Part shown: one piece after another, positions 22,625 through 37,600 of the stretch
Position numbering within the stretch: position 1 is the first letter of the stretch
How the letters are laid out: each line of letters begins with the position of its first letter
NCBI RefSeq assembly: GCF_964355755.1
Contig: NC_092679.1
Span: 2,882,201-2,946,200 of the forward strand
Reading direction: 5' to 3'
DNA from: Antedon mediterranea
Lineage: Eukaryota > Animalia > Echinodermata
DNA length: 64,000 bases
The notes under the pieces: model-generated
The model's input: only the letters and a program-made list of their open reading frames with translations
Database searches by the model: none
What the model was told of the DNA's origin: nothing
Program-made: the position numbers and the translations under genes

Positions 22625-25600
22625 GGAAAGAGCAACAGTTTTTAAATGCAGATTCTCCAAAAATCCTAAAGCTCTGTCTACACTATCAAACTTTATGTGA
22701 CAAATATATATTGCACCCATATATGGACATGATGATGTCATAATTCACTACCATATTTGGGCATATTACTACAACATTTGGACACATCACACTTTTTTTT
22801 TTCAAACTAATTTGATAGTGTAGACAGAGCGTAAGGTAGTTCTGTAGATAAAATTTATATTCAGACAGAGCTTTAGAATGAATCCCTTATTAAAACAATA
22901 AGTGAATACTAACTTACATTTGCAGGATTTCCTTTCAAACAACGAATGCATTACAACAAGATGGAGATCAAGAAGACAGCTTCAGGTATTTGATAATTCA
23001 TTTAATTCATTCAGTCATTTCCTTTATATAGTACATCCATATACAAAACAAAAAGAGAAAAAATGTCACCAGGAAAATAACAATACCATCTTCAACAAAA
23101 ATATCCTAAAGCTCTGTCTACACTATCAAACAAGTTTTGACAAAAAAAGTGTGATGTGCCCAAAATATGGTAGTGATATGACATCATCATGTCCATATAT
23201 GGGCATATCACATTGTTTTTGTCTGATTTTGGTAGTGTAGACATAGTTTTAAACATCAATTTTGCTGATGCAGGTTGGATTGTGGAAGTACATTAACTAT
23301 GGTTTTAATTAATAGATGACATACATACAGTAAACCTAAATTTATTGGTAAATAATGGTATTTTTATGTCTGGGAAAGTCAGAATCTAAAAACATATTCT
23401 AGTTTAAAAATACACTGTTTTCTTGTTTTTCTTAGGTGCTTCTCAAGAACTGTGTGCTTATTACCTTCCAAGTGTCATCCCATTCTGGTGACGTGGAGCG
23501 AATCCTGGTAGACAAAACACTCCAAGGAAAATTGTGCAGTGACACTATTAGTCATGGTAAATTAACATTCATGTGATGATAGTAGTGTACTACAGGGAAT
23601 CAAATATCCGACTAATTCCTGATGCTAAAATATTTAAATTTTGTTAAGAAATCATCTGACAATTATTACTAATTATTTTCTAATCTTATAGCTACCACCA
23701 GATTTAGTAACCAACTTTTATAGATATGTAATTAATAGTGGTGCTGTAGCTTGGTGGTTAATGTGCTTGCCTTGCAATCCCACGGTCCAGGTTCAATCCT
23801 GACTTAGTGCCAGAGTTGTAACTCACAACCTATTCAACTTCACTCCCTAAGCCTCAAATGAGACTTGGTTTATAAGCTCGATAATTTAATTGGCTAGTTT
23901 CTCACTGTTGTATGCGTATACAATTTTTTTTAATGTAATTTAACGGTGAAGATGGATAAAATATTATTTTTTACAGCATACATAACGGATGGATACATTG
24001 CGGTTACGTTTCCTGATAAAGCAAAACTAGGTCTCGTCTACTTGAACAAAAAACCACCTACTGGAAATGAACCTAACAAAAAAATGGAGAAACTTTCTAG
24101 CTTTGATCCTAAGGTATGCTAAATAAAATTATAAAAAAATGTGTAGAAAACAAAAATTTGCTAATGCTGTCCTTTAACTTTATGTGACAAAACAATGTGA
24201 TGTGCCCATATGTACACGATGATGTCATATCACTACCATATTTAAGCATATCACTACCATATTTGGGCACATCACACTTTTTTGTCAAATAAAGTTTGAT
24301 AGTGTAGATAGAGCTTTAAACTTATATCAATATTTAATTTAGATTTCATACATTGATCTTCCTGGAACAAAAGCTAGGAAACCAGAGCGAAATTTGACAG
24401 TTAACGTTAATCAAGAATGGGTAAGTTATTTTTTTTTTTGGTCGTTTAATGGCTAAAAAATTTAGTTCTAGTTTCAATTGTTTTGTAAAGCTTGGTTCCC
24501 ACTAGCGATGCAACTTACGCAACATTAAAAAATGCCCTTCTGATTATTGTGTTTGTCCCTGTCTGCGTGAAAGCAAACCTGCGATGTTTGCAGCAATTAT
24601 GCTGGAACTTTAATCCTTGAAAATCAGGTCAAATGCGGCTACATTTTGTGATATGTTGATTTTATTTTTTTCTTTTCCTATAAATAATATGTATTTAATT
24701 TTTTATTTTTTGGTCAGATTGTTGTGTGGTGGTCAATAAGCGGTGAAGAGGCAATGCCCTGGACACCAGCGTCCAATGAGAGGGATAAAGCCAACATTGT
24801 CATGTATAGTGTTTATGGGTAAATATCTCCCTCCATATTATTGGAATAATTGATAGAGTTATTATACACATTATATTTGGGATAGTCTAACAACAGTGAA
24901 TATTAAAGTAGTAATTGAATAAAGCTTTTAATGATAATATAAAAATGTTTGTATTATGATTTTCTGAGGAAAATTGTTTTTTTTTTGTATTTAGAGGGAA
25001 ATTAGAGGAGTTGAGTTACATAGCTACAGAGTGTGACCCAGTCAACGTTGCTTTTAGGTGAGTGATACCTTGTTTTAACATGGTTAAACAAAGAAAATCA
25101 TGTACTGGTCCAGCTAAAATCATTTTGTTTTAATGTTATAACTTGCCAAGATGTGTTTATGTCACATACCATATAATGTTCCTGTATAGTAAATCTGGTG
25201 TCTATTCCTTTTTATATATAATTACCATTGATTTTATACTTTTATACAAATTTTAATATTGAGAATATGTAAATATCTTTGTAATTCAGCTTTGGCTGCG
25301 ATGATGCTATTAAAATAAATGAAATGAAAAAAAAAAAAATGAAATGAAAAATACCATACCTGTTTTTTATACCGAGATTTAATATTAACAGATCAGCTTA
25401 TTTAAATGTTCACGCCCTCATAATTATTTCAGTCATAGTCAGCCTCGCCATATCCACAGCTTGGAAGTCTCGTCTCAATCCACCGAGGACATCAGCATCG
25501 ACACATGCATCTACGAATGTTCCAAGTCAAAGGTCAATTTACCTTTTGTTGTGTTATAGTTGTAATTCTTAATTTAATAAGTTAAAATAAATTCTCCAAA

Positions 25601-28600
25601 TAAAGTTTTACTAATGATTTATCAATAAAAATCAGTATTTGTCTGTTTGCAGATTCAACGAGCTACTGTAACTACAATACCATTAAAAGGTGAGTACCAT
25701 ATTTATTTTGATAAATGCCCCATTTATTCGAGGAGGTGCTTATTTTTTTGGAGTTGTAAAACATAACATATATATATATATATATAACATACTGCATATA
25801 CCCAATTATGAAAAAGGTGTAAAACATAATATATAATATTGTATATACTCAATTATGATAAAACTTTGATTTGAAAAAGTACAATTAATATCAAGAAATG
25901 GTAAAATAGAAATTGTATCAAAATGCTTTGTTAATTGTGAATCGTCTGTAGTAAATGAATTCTAATTTTGTTCAAGGAAAAATTTTATTTCATTAAATAA
26001 ACAATATTTTGTTTTCAGCTTCTGTCACAGCTTTTGGAAGAAATCATGCGGATGATAAGTTAGTGCTGGGCTGCGAAGATGGACGTCTCGTAAGTAATCA
26101 GTTAAAAAATATGTTTGTTCATATAATCACTGTACTAATATACTGTTATTGATCAGACATAATCTTCTGCAAAATTTCTGAATGTTTCTACTTTAGAATT
26201 TATTGCTTTTTTAGGTTTTATATGATGACCACAAACGCCTGACCCAGTTTGTGCAATCGGCCCTGGTGAGTATGGTTTATCTCTCTAACCACACTTATAA
26301 AAGTTTGGAAACTATTTGTACAATTAAAGGTGTAAACATGAATTTGTAAAATAAAAAACTTGTATTTACCAGAATATCTTTTTCTTTTGTGTTTTTTCCC
26401 AGATGCCTAGTATGGTACAATGGCATCCTGGTGGTAGTGTGTTGTTTGTGGCAGGATCAGGAGCTGAAATACAGGTATTACAATTACAATAGGGGTATTG
26501 TACTGGGCTATTTTTTAGCAGATCTAACTTCTCAAACTCCTGTATGAACAGTGGAAGTAGATCACTGCAGGGTTTTTGCATGTGACCTGTAAAGCTTGGT
26601 TCCCACTAGAACGTAACGCAAGGACGTAAACGCAACACAAGTGTTTTAACCAATGACAAGCAAAGTTATAGACAGTTAGCAATCACAAGCGAATAAGCGT
26701 TGCGTCGCTAGTGGGAACCACGCTTTACAATTACCAGTATTACAATTAATTTTAGGTTTATTCTACTGGGCTATTTTTAGCAGATCTAGCTCTTTAAACT
26801 CCTTGCTGTTTATATATTGAACAGATGTGGTCACTGGGAATTGTTTTCATGTGACCAGTTGATTATTCCTAATGATAATGAAAACGAAGATGTTGATGTG
26901 GATAACACAGTAAAGAGGATGATCGTGAACAAAGAATACAATTGGTCTTATTATTATTAATTTGGTTTAATCAATTTTTCTTGTAGGTGTTTGATATGGC
27001 TCTGAACCCGCTAACGATACTTTCAGTAGGTGAGGATCCAAAACCTGCCCAGCTTTTAAATTTAGCTGCGTTCTTTAGGTAAGCCTATATTTTGTTATAG
27101 CATTTTTTTTTGTACCATTAGAGGTATGAAAAAATAGAAGCGAGACCTCAATAAAGCTATGTCTACACTATCAAACTTTATGTGATAAAGTGAAAATGTG
27201 ATATGCCCATATATAGATGTGGTGATGTCATATCACTACCATATTTAGGCACATCACATCTTTTTTTGTCAAACTATTTTGATTATGTAGACAGAGCTTT
27301 AGACAAATTACTACCTGACTATCTGTTATATACTACCCATAGAAAAGTCCTATATCAAAAGCATATATATTCAAAAAAGTTGTTTGAGGCAATTGTGTGC
27401 ATCTTTCTACCCTACAGAAATAGAAAGTACAATATGTAATTATTTAAGTAATCATAGTAAGACTTGTTATTACTTTAAATTTAATTAGTTTAATTGTTTT
27501 AACTTTCAGAATGTCTGTGACGGTAAACACAATGGAATGGAGTAAGCCAAGCAATACACAAGACTACATTGTAGATGCACATGATATATTAATGCTATTA
27601 TTTGACAGGTAAAATGTCTTCATCTCAAACAAACAGAACAGAACCACTTAAAGATGTATTATCCCCTGAAAAAAACTATAAAAAAAATTGTTGTTTTAAT
27701 GTCGCATAATACTTATTCACTTTGACCAAAAATTGAATCGAAAAAAAAATTTACCTGAAAAAAAGCTGTAATTTAAAGCACAAATTAGTCAAATTGGCAA
27801 TGAGGTTTTTGATGTATTTAACCCTGGACCTATAAATTAGTATGATGTAACCATTTATTGCGTCATTTTATAAGTGAAAACATAATTTCTTTTTTTTTTT
27901 CCATATAAAGTGATTTAATTTTATTAAAACTACAACATGGCCTATACAAAGTTTTATTAATCTTAATTTGTCATATTTTTTGAGTGACAATACAGCTTTA
28001 ATTCTACACACATTTATTTCTACAGAGGTCCAGTTTGTATGTTACAACTTCACCTTGGGGTCAAAAGTCGCGGTAGACTTGGTCCAAAAGAGCTGATGCA
28101 ACATTACCTGGACCATAAACAGATTGACGAAGCCGTAAATCTTTTGAATTCACTCAACTGGAACACCGAATCAACAAGCTGTTTCTCTTGCATCACGAAA
28201 GTTGTCAACTATTTGCTCCGACTTCCTTTGAATGCGCAAAGAGAAGGTAAGAAGTGATACACACACCTAAATCTCTGTCTACACTATCAAACTTTGTGTG
28301 ACAAGAAAATGTGATGTGCCTAAGTATGGACATGATGATGTCATATCACTACCATATTTGAGCATATCACTACCATATTTGAGCATATCACTACCATATT
28401 TGAGCATATCACTACCATATTTGGGCATATCACTACCATATTTGGGCATATCACTACCATATTTGAGCATATCACTACCATATTTGAGCATATCACTACC
28501 ATATTTGAGCATATCACTACCATATTTGGGCATATCACTACCATATTTGAGCATATCACTACCATACTTTCAAAACTAGATAGTGTAGGCAAAGTTTAAA

Positions 28601-31600
28601 GCTCAGGTACAGGCATGAATTTTAAATATAATATCTGGTTAATTGTACATAAATCAAATATTTGTAACAAAAATAAAGACGAAAAAACATGAATTTCTTT
28701 TAATATGGTCAAATACAAAATTTAGCAATATTCTGCCATAAAAACCAGGAAGAATTTTTTTCAGTAGTTAGGTAGTTAACCTAATGTAATAACATGTCTG
28801 GTGACTCCCTAGAAGGTGAAAAAAGATGGTGAATATACGGTGGATAATTTTTGCTATAGCATGAAAACAAAAATCTGAAGTTGAATAAAAATACCAGAAA
28901 TGTAAAATTCAAGTTATATTACCTATATTTAGTCATCCGATAACATTTTTTACCACACCGTTTAGTTTTCATAGCTTTTTAAAATGCCTCTCTATTTACA
29001 CAATTTGTGTACAAAAGAATAGAGATTTTACTGTGTAATTTGAACTATCCCCCGCTGATAAGAAAGTGCTTATTTTCAACAAGCTCGTGTAACACAAATG
29101 AAATCCCAAAAATGATGAAACATAGGGGAAACTATAGATCGATGATTATTGGAATGTATGATCAATAGAAATGTTGTGCCCGCACCTGGCCTTTAAGGTC
29201 CAATTTCTCCAGATTGTTTTGAATACAATGTAAATTTACTGTTTAGATGCTACTAAAGGTAGAAAATATGTTACCAACCATGGTATGCCATGCTTAGAGC
29301 GCCCAGCATACTCATTGCTGATGCCAGATATTTTAAATAGCACCCTCTATATTTGGTTGTATTTGTTTAAAATATAGCACCCGCCATAATTTGTTAATTA
29401 TTTTATATAAAGTCTTACGATATTTAATTTTGTTAAGCTACGACCTCTGAAAGATGCATTGTCTTCAGTCAACAGCTCCTAGTTACATTATCATAATCGA
29501 TAATTTGTAATGTTTGTATTTCAGGTGCTTTGGAGTCGTGTCTCGGCAGCTTCTATGCTCCGGTGCGTCCAATTTCCGAGGTCATTGTCATCGAGTACAG
29601 AGACCAAATAAGTCGTCTAGCAAGGCGGTTTTTTCATCAGTTATTAAGGTACATAATTAGTTACAATTTAATAAATGAAACGCGTCATCACCTTTGTTTT
29701 CTTGACATCAGACACTGACCCCATTCCAATATCATTCCCACTAAAACAGTGCAATTTGACTTTATTGTTGTGCAGTTTTTAGTTGCGTACGACAGGTAAA
29801 GCTCTGTCGAACTTTATGTGACAAGAAAATGTGATATGCCCATACATGGACATGATGATGTCATATCACTACCATATTTGAGCATATCACTACCATATTT
29901 TTGGGCACATCACACTTTTTTGTCAAGCTAGTTTGATAGTGTACACAGAGCTTTTAAAAGAGTTGTTTGTTTATGAAGGTAAAAGAACTTCTTTTTACAG
30001 TAACATTATCAAAGTGTAAATTGAGAGCATTATAATAATATTTTACTTTAGTCGCCAACTGGTGAAATATGTCATCATTCAAGGTCGAAAAACTTTATGT
30101 ATACTGTTGAGTTATGTTGATGATTATTTTACTGTGTATTTATGATGGATGATGTTATATTTTGCAAGTGGCCTGTGACAATTATAACTATATAAATCAA
30201 AACATGTTCGTCATTGTGTCTCCTTTAAAAAAAAAAACCCCATTCTTGGTGTTTGCTCTTAAAAACATCTCTCACTACAGCAATGTAATAAACACAGCTA
30301 TCATAAATATACAAGAGCAGTTTTGTTGAGGTTGTTCACCCATCCTATCTGAACCTGTGTCTGGATGTCATCATTTGAAGTATCTATAAAAGATATTTAT
30401 AAAGTTACTACTCAAAACTCACCTTTTCTGATTTTTTTTTTACAGCGCCATGAGCAATGAATGTTGAAATGGCGCTATATAAATCGAACGATTGATTGAT
30501 TGATTGATATTTAAAATAAACATTCTCAAATTCTTTATTTGGACATGGCTTCCAATTAGTGACCATATACAGTATATTATTTAATTTTATCGAATTTAGC
30601 TGCAAGATTCTATTGTGTTTATAATGTATGATTGTAATTCATTGGTATTTATTCATAAAACAAAAATATTAAAACATGGCAGCAAAAATGCTGAATTGCG
30701 TTTCAATTTACAAAATATGTATAAAAGTGGTTAAAATTATTTAAAAAAATGACTGCTATAGGTCATAAACAAATTTCATAATGAAGAAACAGTAAAACTA
30801 CATTAAAAGGAAAAATTATAAATGATTCATTTAAAAGTCAAATTTGGAACAGGACTGCAAAATTGGCGGTATCACATTGAGTTTCCAACAAACGTGTGTC
30901 TATGCCTAGTATTAGAAGGAGATAAAAAAAGCATGTAGTCTAGAAGAATCTCTACAGAGGCTCTTGGCAAGTAAGGTACAAAGTTCTTGACGTCTATCAA
31001 TAAGTGTACCCAAGCGCATTTTGACGCATAGTGTTCTGGAGGAACTAACTCATAGTGTGTAGGTGTGGTTTTAATTGGGGAAGGAGAAAGTTAAGAAGTT
31101 TGGTCAACCCATCAATCACTCAGACCCATAGACAGCGTGTAGAATGAAAGATCGGGCCATCTTTAGTCGCTTTGAATCAGCTTGTATTTGTGTAGTTTTA
31201 ATTAGAAAAGCAGAAGTTTAAACAGGTTTGACAACTCCTACTCACTCAACATGATCGAGGTAGATATGTACATCCGTAATCTGCAAGGTGCCTTCCTTCA
31301 AATCTCGAATTCTGGGTTCGAGTCCTATCTTATGATCCTTTGACAGGAAACATTATAGTACTTAAAAATGCCTACATCAACTGTAAATAGTGAATGCTAG
31401 AATTGGCAGCACTGACTACTTGGAAAGAAAAGTGTAATATTTGAGTCCACAGCGCCATGAGCAATGATCGTTGGGATGGCGCTATACAAATGGACATAAT
31501 ATTATTAATCATACTGGTGATGTCTATGCCATTGTATTAGTTACATAGAAATAAAATGCAAAATATCATATTAATATGAAAGGTCTTTGTTTTCATTTTC

Positions 31601-34600
31601 AGGTATAAACGTTTTGATAAAGCGTTTCTCCTTGCTGTAGACATGCACGCCAGTGACTTGTTTATGGTAGGTTTATTTGTCAGTTTTTTATTTTCTTGAG
31701 TGTTCCATTCTGTCATACTGTACTTATTAGCGGCAAACATGTAGTTGAACATACCGTGAGATAAAAAAACTCCAATCTGGTTGATGTTACATGTGAAAAG
31801 CTTTGTCTACACTATCAAACATTATGTGACAACAAAATTTGATGTGCCCATATATGGACATGATGATGTCATATTAGTACCATATTTGAGCATATCACTA
31901 CCATATTTTGGCACATCACACTTGTTTTTTTTAAACTAGTTTGATAGTGTAGACAGAGCTTTACACTAAGGAAAATTGTGTATTAAAAGGTTTTATACTA
32001 TAGTTGATACATTTTAGTGTAGAATTATATAATATTATTTATATAACATTTTGTATGGTCACCAAAATGATTGCATTGCAATCTGTGAACTCTGAATGAA
32101 CTTCCTCTTTGCACATTGTGTGTGGGTTACGTTTAGCAGTAAAGTGAGTGGAAAAACTAAAGCATCTTCCCACTACACCTGTTTTAAACTACATTAATCA
32201 CATTTTATTATTTAAAGGTGTGTTTTCTGCCATTTTAGTTTATTCTGAAATTACTTTCAGGGAACAGATAAAACGATAGAATAATGTATTAAGCATAATT
32301 TTTTAATAATCGGCTACAGTTGGCTTTTTGGTATTTTCTTTGTATTTGTGCTTTAAAATAAATGACTCTACACTATCAATTAAATAATAATCTAAAGCTC
32401 TGTCTATACTAGGAAACTTTATGTGACAAAAAATGTGATATGTATCATATATGGACAAGATGATGTCATATCACTACCATATTTAGGCATATCACTACCA
32501 TATGTGGTACATCACACTTTTTGTCACATAAAGTTTGATAGTGTAGACAGAGCTTTAAAACTGTTTTTATTGGCAACATACAGATTTCTATCACATTAAC
32601 TGAGTTGCTGGCATTAATTATAATTTTTCTATTTTTTTTCAATTTATGTCTGAGCTCTTTTCAAACTACAATATTAATCATCTCTTCCTTCTTTCTGCTA
32701 CTACTCCCTCTGGTGTATTTTGGACATAACAATCATTATTGTCAACCATTACAATTACTTTTAGATTAAAAATTGTGCATTGCACTATTCCTTTATTTGT
32801 CAACACCCCCTCTGATGGTTTTTTGGACATTAACAATCATTACTGTCAACCATTACAATTACTGTTAGATTAAAAATTGTGCATTGCACTATTCCTTTAT
32901 TTGTCAACACCCCCTCTGATGGTTTTTGGACATTAACAATCATTACTGTCAACCATTACAATCACCGTTAGATTAAAAAATTGTACATTGCACTATTCCT
33001 TTATTTGTCAACACCCCCTCTGATTTTCTGCTGACTGACTAAATATGCCAAGCATCTGTCAATGTTGATCACATGATTGAGTTGTCGCAGACTTTGTAAC
33101 GGAAAAATCCCGTACCGTCAATTGCCAATCAATTACTAATAGGAAATTGAAAATCTGTAAATGCTTTTGCTGCAACCAATCAGACAAAAGATCTTCAAAA
33201 TTATGGAAGTCCTAATCATTCAAAATCCAAAATTACGTTAGATAGATATTTTATGATTGATAGATAAAATAACGATTATTGTCACTTTGATTGACATGAT
33301 TTCATGGCTGTGTGTTTGATTCAGTAATATATATATTATTTCATATTTCATCTTGCAATCTCTCTTTTGTTAATTATATTTGACACTATGTTTGGCTGGT
33401 TTTAATACTTTTGTGATTCAGCCGCCACAAAAAGTATTTCCCTACCTTTTTTTAATAGTGTTTTGTTAGTTACCTCCTTCCTGCACATTTTCCTGTTGTG
33501 TACATGCGACCATTGGCTTAACATCTTATCTGAAGCAATTAAATAAACTTAAAAGACACCAACCAAAAGTCAATGAAGTATTTAGGTCATTTGTACACAC
33601 AACCCATCAACGCAATAGTATAAAGCTCTGTCTACACTATCAAACTAGTTTGACAAAAAAGCCCAAATATGTTAGTGATACACCTAGTTACGGTAGTGAT
33701 ATGATCATCATGATATCATCATGTCCCATATGGGCACATCACATTTTTTTGTTGCATAAATTCTCAATATAATACAGTATTGCACTAGCTAATCCCTCAT
33801 TTAATTTAAACTATTGATAGAAAAAACAACCTGGATTAATGGAAGATTATGGAAAAAAAAAAACATAATATATTTTAATTTTTTATGTTTCAAAACACAT
33901 CCCTTTATTTTATCAACTGACAATGACCTTACCTTGCACCCTATGTATCTTGTGTCTGTTTACAATAATCCTTACAGGCAGCTCATTGTTTATTTATAGA
34001 CACAGTTTGTCATTTTTAGTAAAACAACATGAAATAGGCACACGTTTCTAACATGGGTAGCTAAGGTTGTCCAGTACCAATGTCAGGTATAATTTGTCAG
34101 AAATCTCTTTGTCACAACTGGCAGTTCAATAAACTCCGTAAAAGATGATTAAGACTTATCTATACCTTCATATTCTATTATGTATTTAAATTTAATTTTT
34201 TTTTTCAATTTTGTTGAAGAATCATTGCTGTCGGAGTTTGAAAAAAAAGCCTAAAAAGCTCTGTCAACAATATCAAACTTTATGCGACAAAAAAATGTGA
34301 TGTGCCCATGTAGATGGGCACGATGATTCTTATTCTTATTCTTTTATTGCCAAATATAAAATACATGAAAAACACGACATACAAAAAAAAACAATAGAAC
34401 CAACTGAGTGAGCTGGCATGGGACACAAAAGCGAACCTAATCAGTGTGACTTAAAGCCTGTGTTCCTCACTCACCCAGTTTCACAATAGAACCAACTGAG
34501 TGAGCTGGCATGGGACACAAAAGCGAACCTAATCACTATGACTTAAAGCCTGTGTTCCCCACTCACCCAGTTTCACAAGCAATGAATATATCATCTTAAA

Positions 34601-37600
34601 ATATAATATATCAAAATTCCATGATGTTAATATCACTACCATATTTGTGCACATCACACTTTTTTTTGTCGAACTAGTTGATAGTGTAGACAGAGCTTTA
34701 AAATGGTGACAAAGTGCTGAATTAAAACTGATGTCGTATCTTGTGCATTATAACTTAATACATGTATGGGGTCCTAGGCCAGCTACCCAATGTTATCACA
34801 ATACTGTACAGTAGTCATAATGTAACACGCTAAATTTATTACTATTACTAGAAGAATTTGTTAAACCTGTTTGAAGGTGATCACTACCGTATATCATTCA
34901 CAAATTATTAATCTTGAGTTTATGAATGTTCTTAACCCAGATTACAGGTAGTAAGTTATGTTATATAACTCAGCTGTTTTCTCCATAAAGCACTGCTAAT
35001 TATGTTTGAGATTTGCCAGCTGTTAGTGCTGGGAATTTTTCCATTTTTTTTTGTAAGTTTGAATAAAATGATAAATTATAGCTTAGTTACCACTTGGATG
35101 TAACACAACGACGCATGCGCAATGCAAGTGAGTTTATCGATTAAACGAAAGTTTAGTACCGGACCAACCGCGTTGTGATTGGCTAGTTTACTTGTGCCAT
35201 GTTTACATGGTGGGATACAATCTTAATCAAAAAATAATGTATAATACAGTGATTATATGTATTTTAAAATTTCATTCAGTGTTTTACTTTATAACATCTT
35301 TTATTTCTGTTAAATTCTGTCTTTTTTAATTCATCATAATTAAGAAAAATATTGTTCAATGTTTGTTTATTTTTCAGGATATATATTACTTAGCATTAGA
35401 TTTAAATGAACACGCCTTGGCAACAGTCGCTAAGCAGAAAGCAGACGATATCGAAAAAGAATTGCCAAATTCAGATACAGGTACGTAATTATTAGGGATG
35501 TCTTTATAATTTCTAAACGACTATTAGTTGTGTTATTTTAAACATAAATTTGCTTATATTAGTCTAGTCTTTATTTATAAATATTTTATTATTATTTGTT
35601 ATTCTAGAGAACTTTGATTCTGCAAGTGAATCACACAGCAGCGAGAATGAGTTCCAAAATGAAAGTAACCAACAAGAATTACGGTAAACAGAAAATAAAC
35701 TTTCAATTTTAAAGATGTATTGTCCCCCAAAAACATGAAAAATAAAAATTAATACAATCAGACTTTAAATTGGCCATTTTGCAGTTTTAATAAAGTTATT
35801 CACTTCTGGGAAAAAAAACATATATATTTCACTTATAAAAAGACAAAAGAAATGGTTAATTTTAACCAAAAACCAATATCTGACAGACAACAATACTTAA
35901 AAGTATTTTTTGCTTTAAATTACATTTTTTTCAGGTACTGTAAATAAATTTGTTTTTATCCAGTTTTTGGTCAACAAAGTGAATAACTATTATGTGACAT
36001 TAAAATGGCATATTCAACAAAAAATTTCAAAAAAATTATTAAAAAAAACAAGACAAGACAATATATCTTTATATCACTTTAATTTAATTTTAATATTAAA
36101 AGTTGGATATTTTTTAAGTTGTTGGCCTCTTTTTGTCACTCCTTGGTGTAATCTATCTATTGTTGTTTTTTATATTTGTGTTTTTCCAAAATAAATAAAT
36201 AAAATTTAAAAAAATACTAGGCCAATAATGTACTGTTTAAGAATAATATTTAACTCCTATGTTGTACATGCCCCATAACCAAATATTACATATTTTTATT
36301 CGCATACCAAACCCTAATTTCTTCCCTGTTCTATTGCCAAATTAAACATAAAAAAGCCAACGTTCAAATCAATTACGAACACTTAACACCGTTTCACACC
36401 AGTTCTCTACACAATTCAACCCACAAAATCATCACCCGCATCTATATATAAACATAAGTGTTAATATTGTAATTAATACGTTCGTATTCATTACATATCA
36501 TATAATACTTAAATTATCTTTAAACGCTGTCAGACCACCCGAGTGGAATATTTTTGCTTTATTTTTGTGTGTGACTGACAAGAAATAATTGTATGAGTTC
36601 TTCCCCTACTTGATATGATCGTCAGCCAAGGCTAGAGAGTGTTTATTGTAATCTATAGGAATGTTATTTTCTCCCCAGTGTCATAAATTTTATCTGAGGT
36701 ATTAAATGTTGCCTTTGGGGTGTTATTTTATACTTGAATGTTATTCATCATATTAGTTATCCTTTATAAATATGAAAATACATAAAACATAAACTATTAA
36801 TAGAATCATCATAAAACTTGAGATAACCCATAATTGAACCCAAACCGATGAGGATGAAAAGGCATAATCAAAAGCTGTAATGGGAAAAACAAATATGAAA
36901 TAAATATTTTATGTAACTTGTATTTCTTTCTGGTATTCTCAATTTAGCAATTTTGCAAAAATAAAAAGCACAAAAATTAATGGGCAAAAATTTGTTTTTC
37001 AGTTGAATTAATTTGTTAAATAAATAATTAAACAATTATGTGACATAATAATGTCATATCACTACCATAATAAGCATCACTCCCATATTTGGTTTGATAG
37101 TGTAGACAGAGCATTAGTTTTACAACAATTGAAAACAAAAAAAGACATTCTGCAGTAAAATAAAATAATAATTTCAGAACTAGTGGTACAGCTAAAACAG
37201 CAATGCAAGAACTTAAAGAGAAACAACAGACAAAGAATACACACTGGAAAAAAACGGAGGAAGACATAGACAAGACATACCAACGAACGTATGTGCACAG
37301 TTACATTACAATTTACAATCTATAATATCATGTATTCTTTGTTCTTCATAGAGAACCACAACTTTGAAACAAAATTTTTGACTCCATATTTGGTAATTTT
37401 AACCAGTTCTATCATTCTAAATTTATAGTTTTTTGATTGTAAAATGTAATTGTTCATATTTATTTAATATTAGATTTATTATTTAAGAATATATATATAA
37501 AAGATTTTTTCTCACGTTATAAATAATTTGTTTAAGAATTTATGCAAATCAGTTTGTATTAATTGAAATGAAATCATAATTATAGCGGACACTTACGAAA

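Noticed and set aside
23739-23815. tRNA gene
   Set aside because: A and B boxes are present but the acceptor and anticodon stems are not convincing. It continues into a SINE-like body.
28279-28592. Repetitive ORFs (KYGSDML, SLPYLSI, NMVVICS), and similar ones at 7692-8006
   Set aside because: These are reading frames through the 21-bp internal repeat of MITE family A.
30840-31450. Possible LINE reverse transcriptase fragment before the second retroposon tail
   Set aside because: I could not read any recognisable RT motif, so only the tail is reported.
34391-34578. Tandem hammerhead ribozymes
   Set aside because: The minus strand has CTGATTA rather than CTGANGA and no correctly placed GAAA after a stem II.
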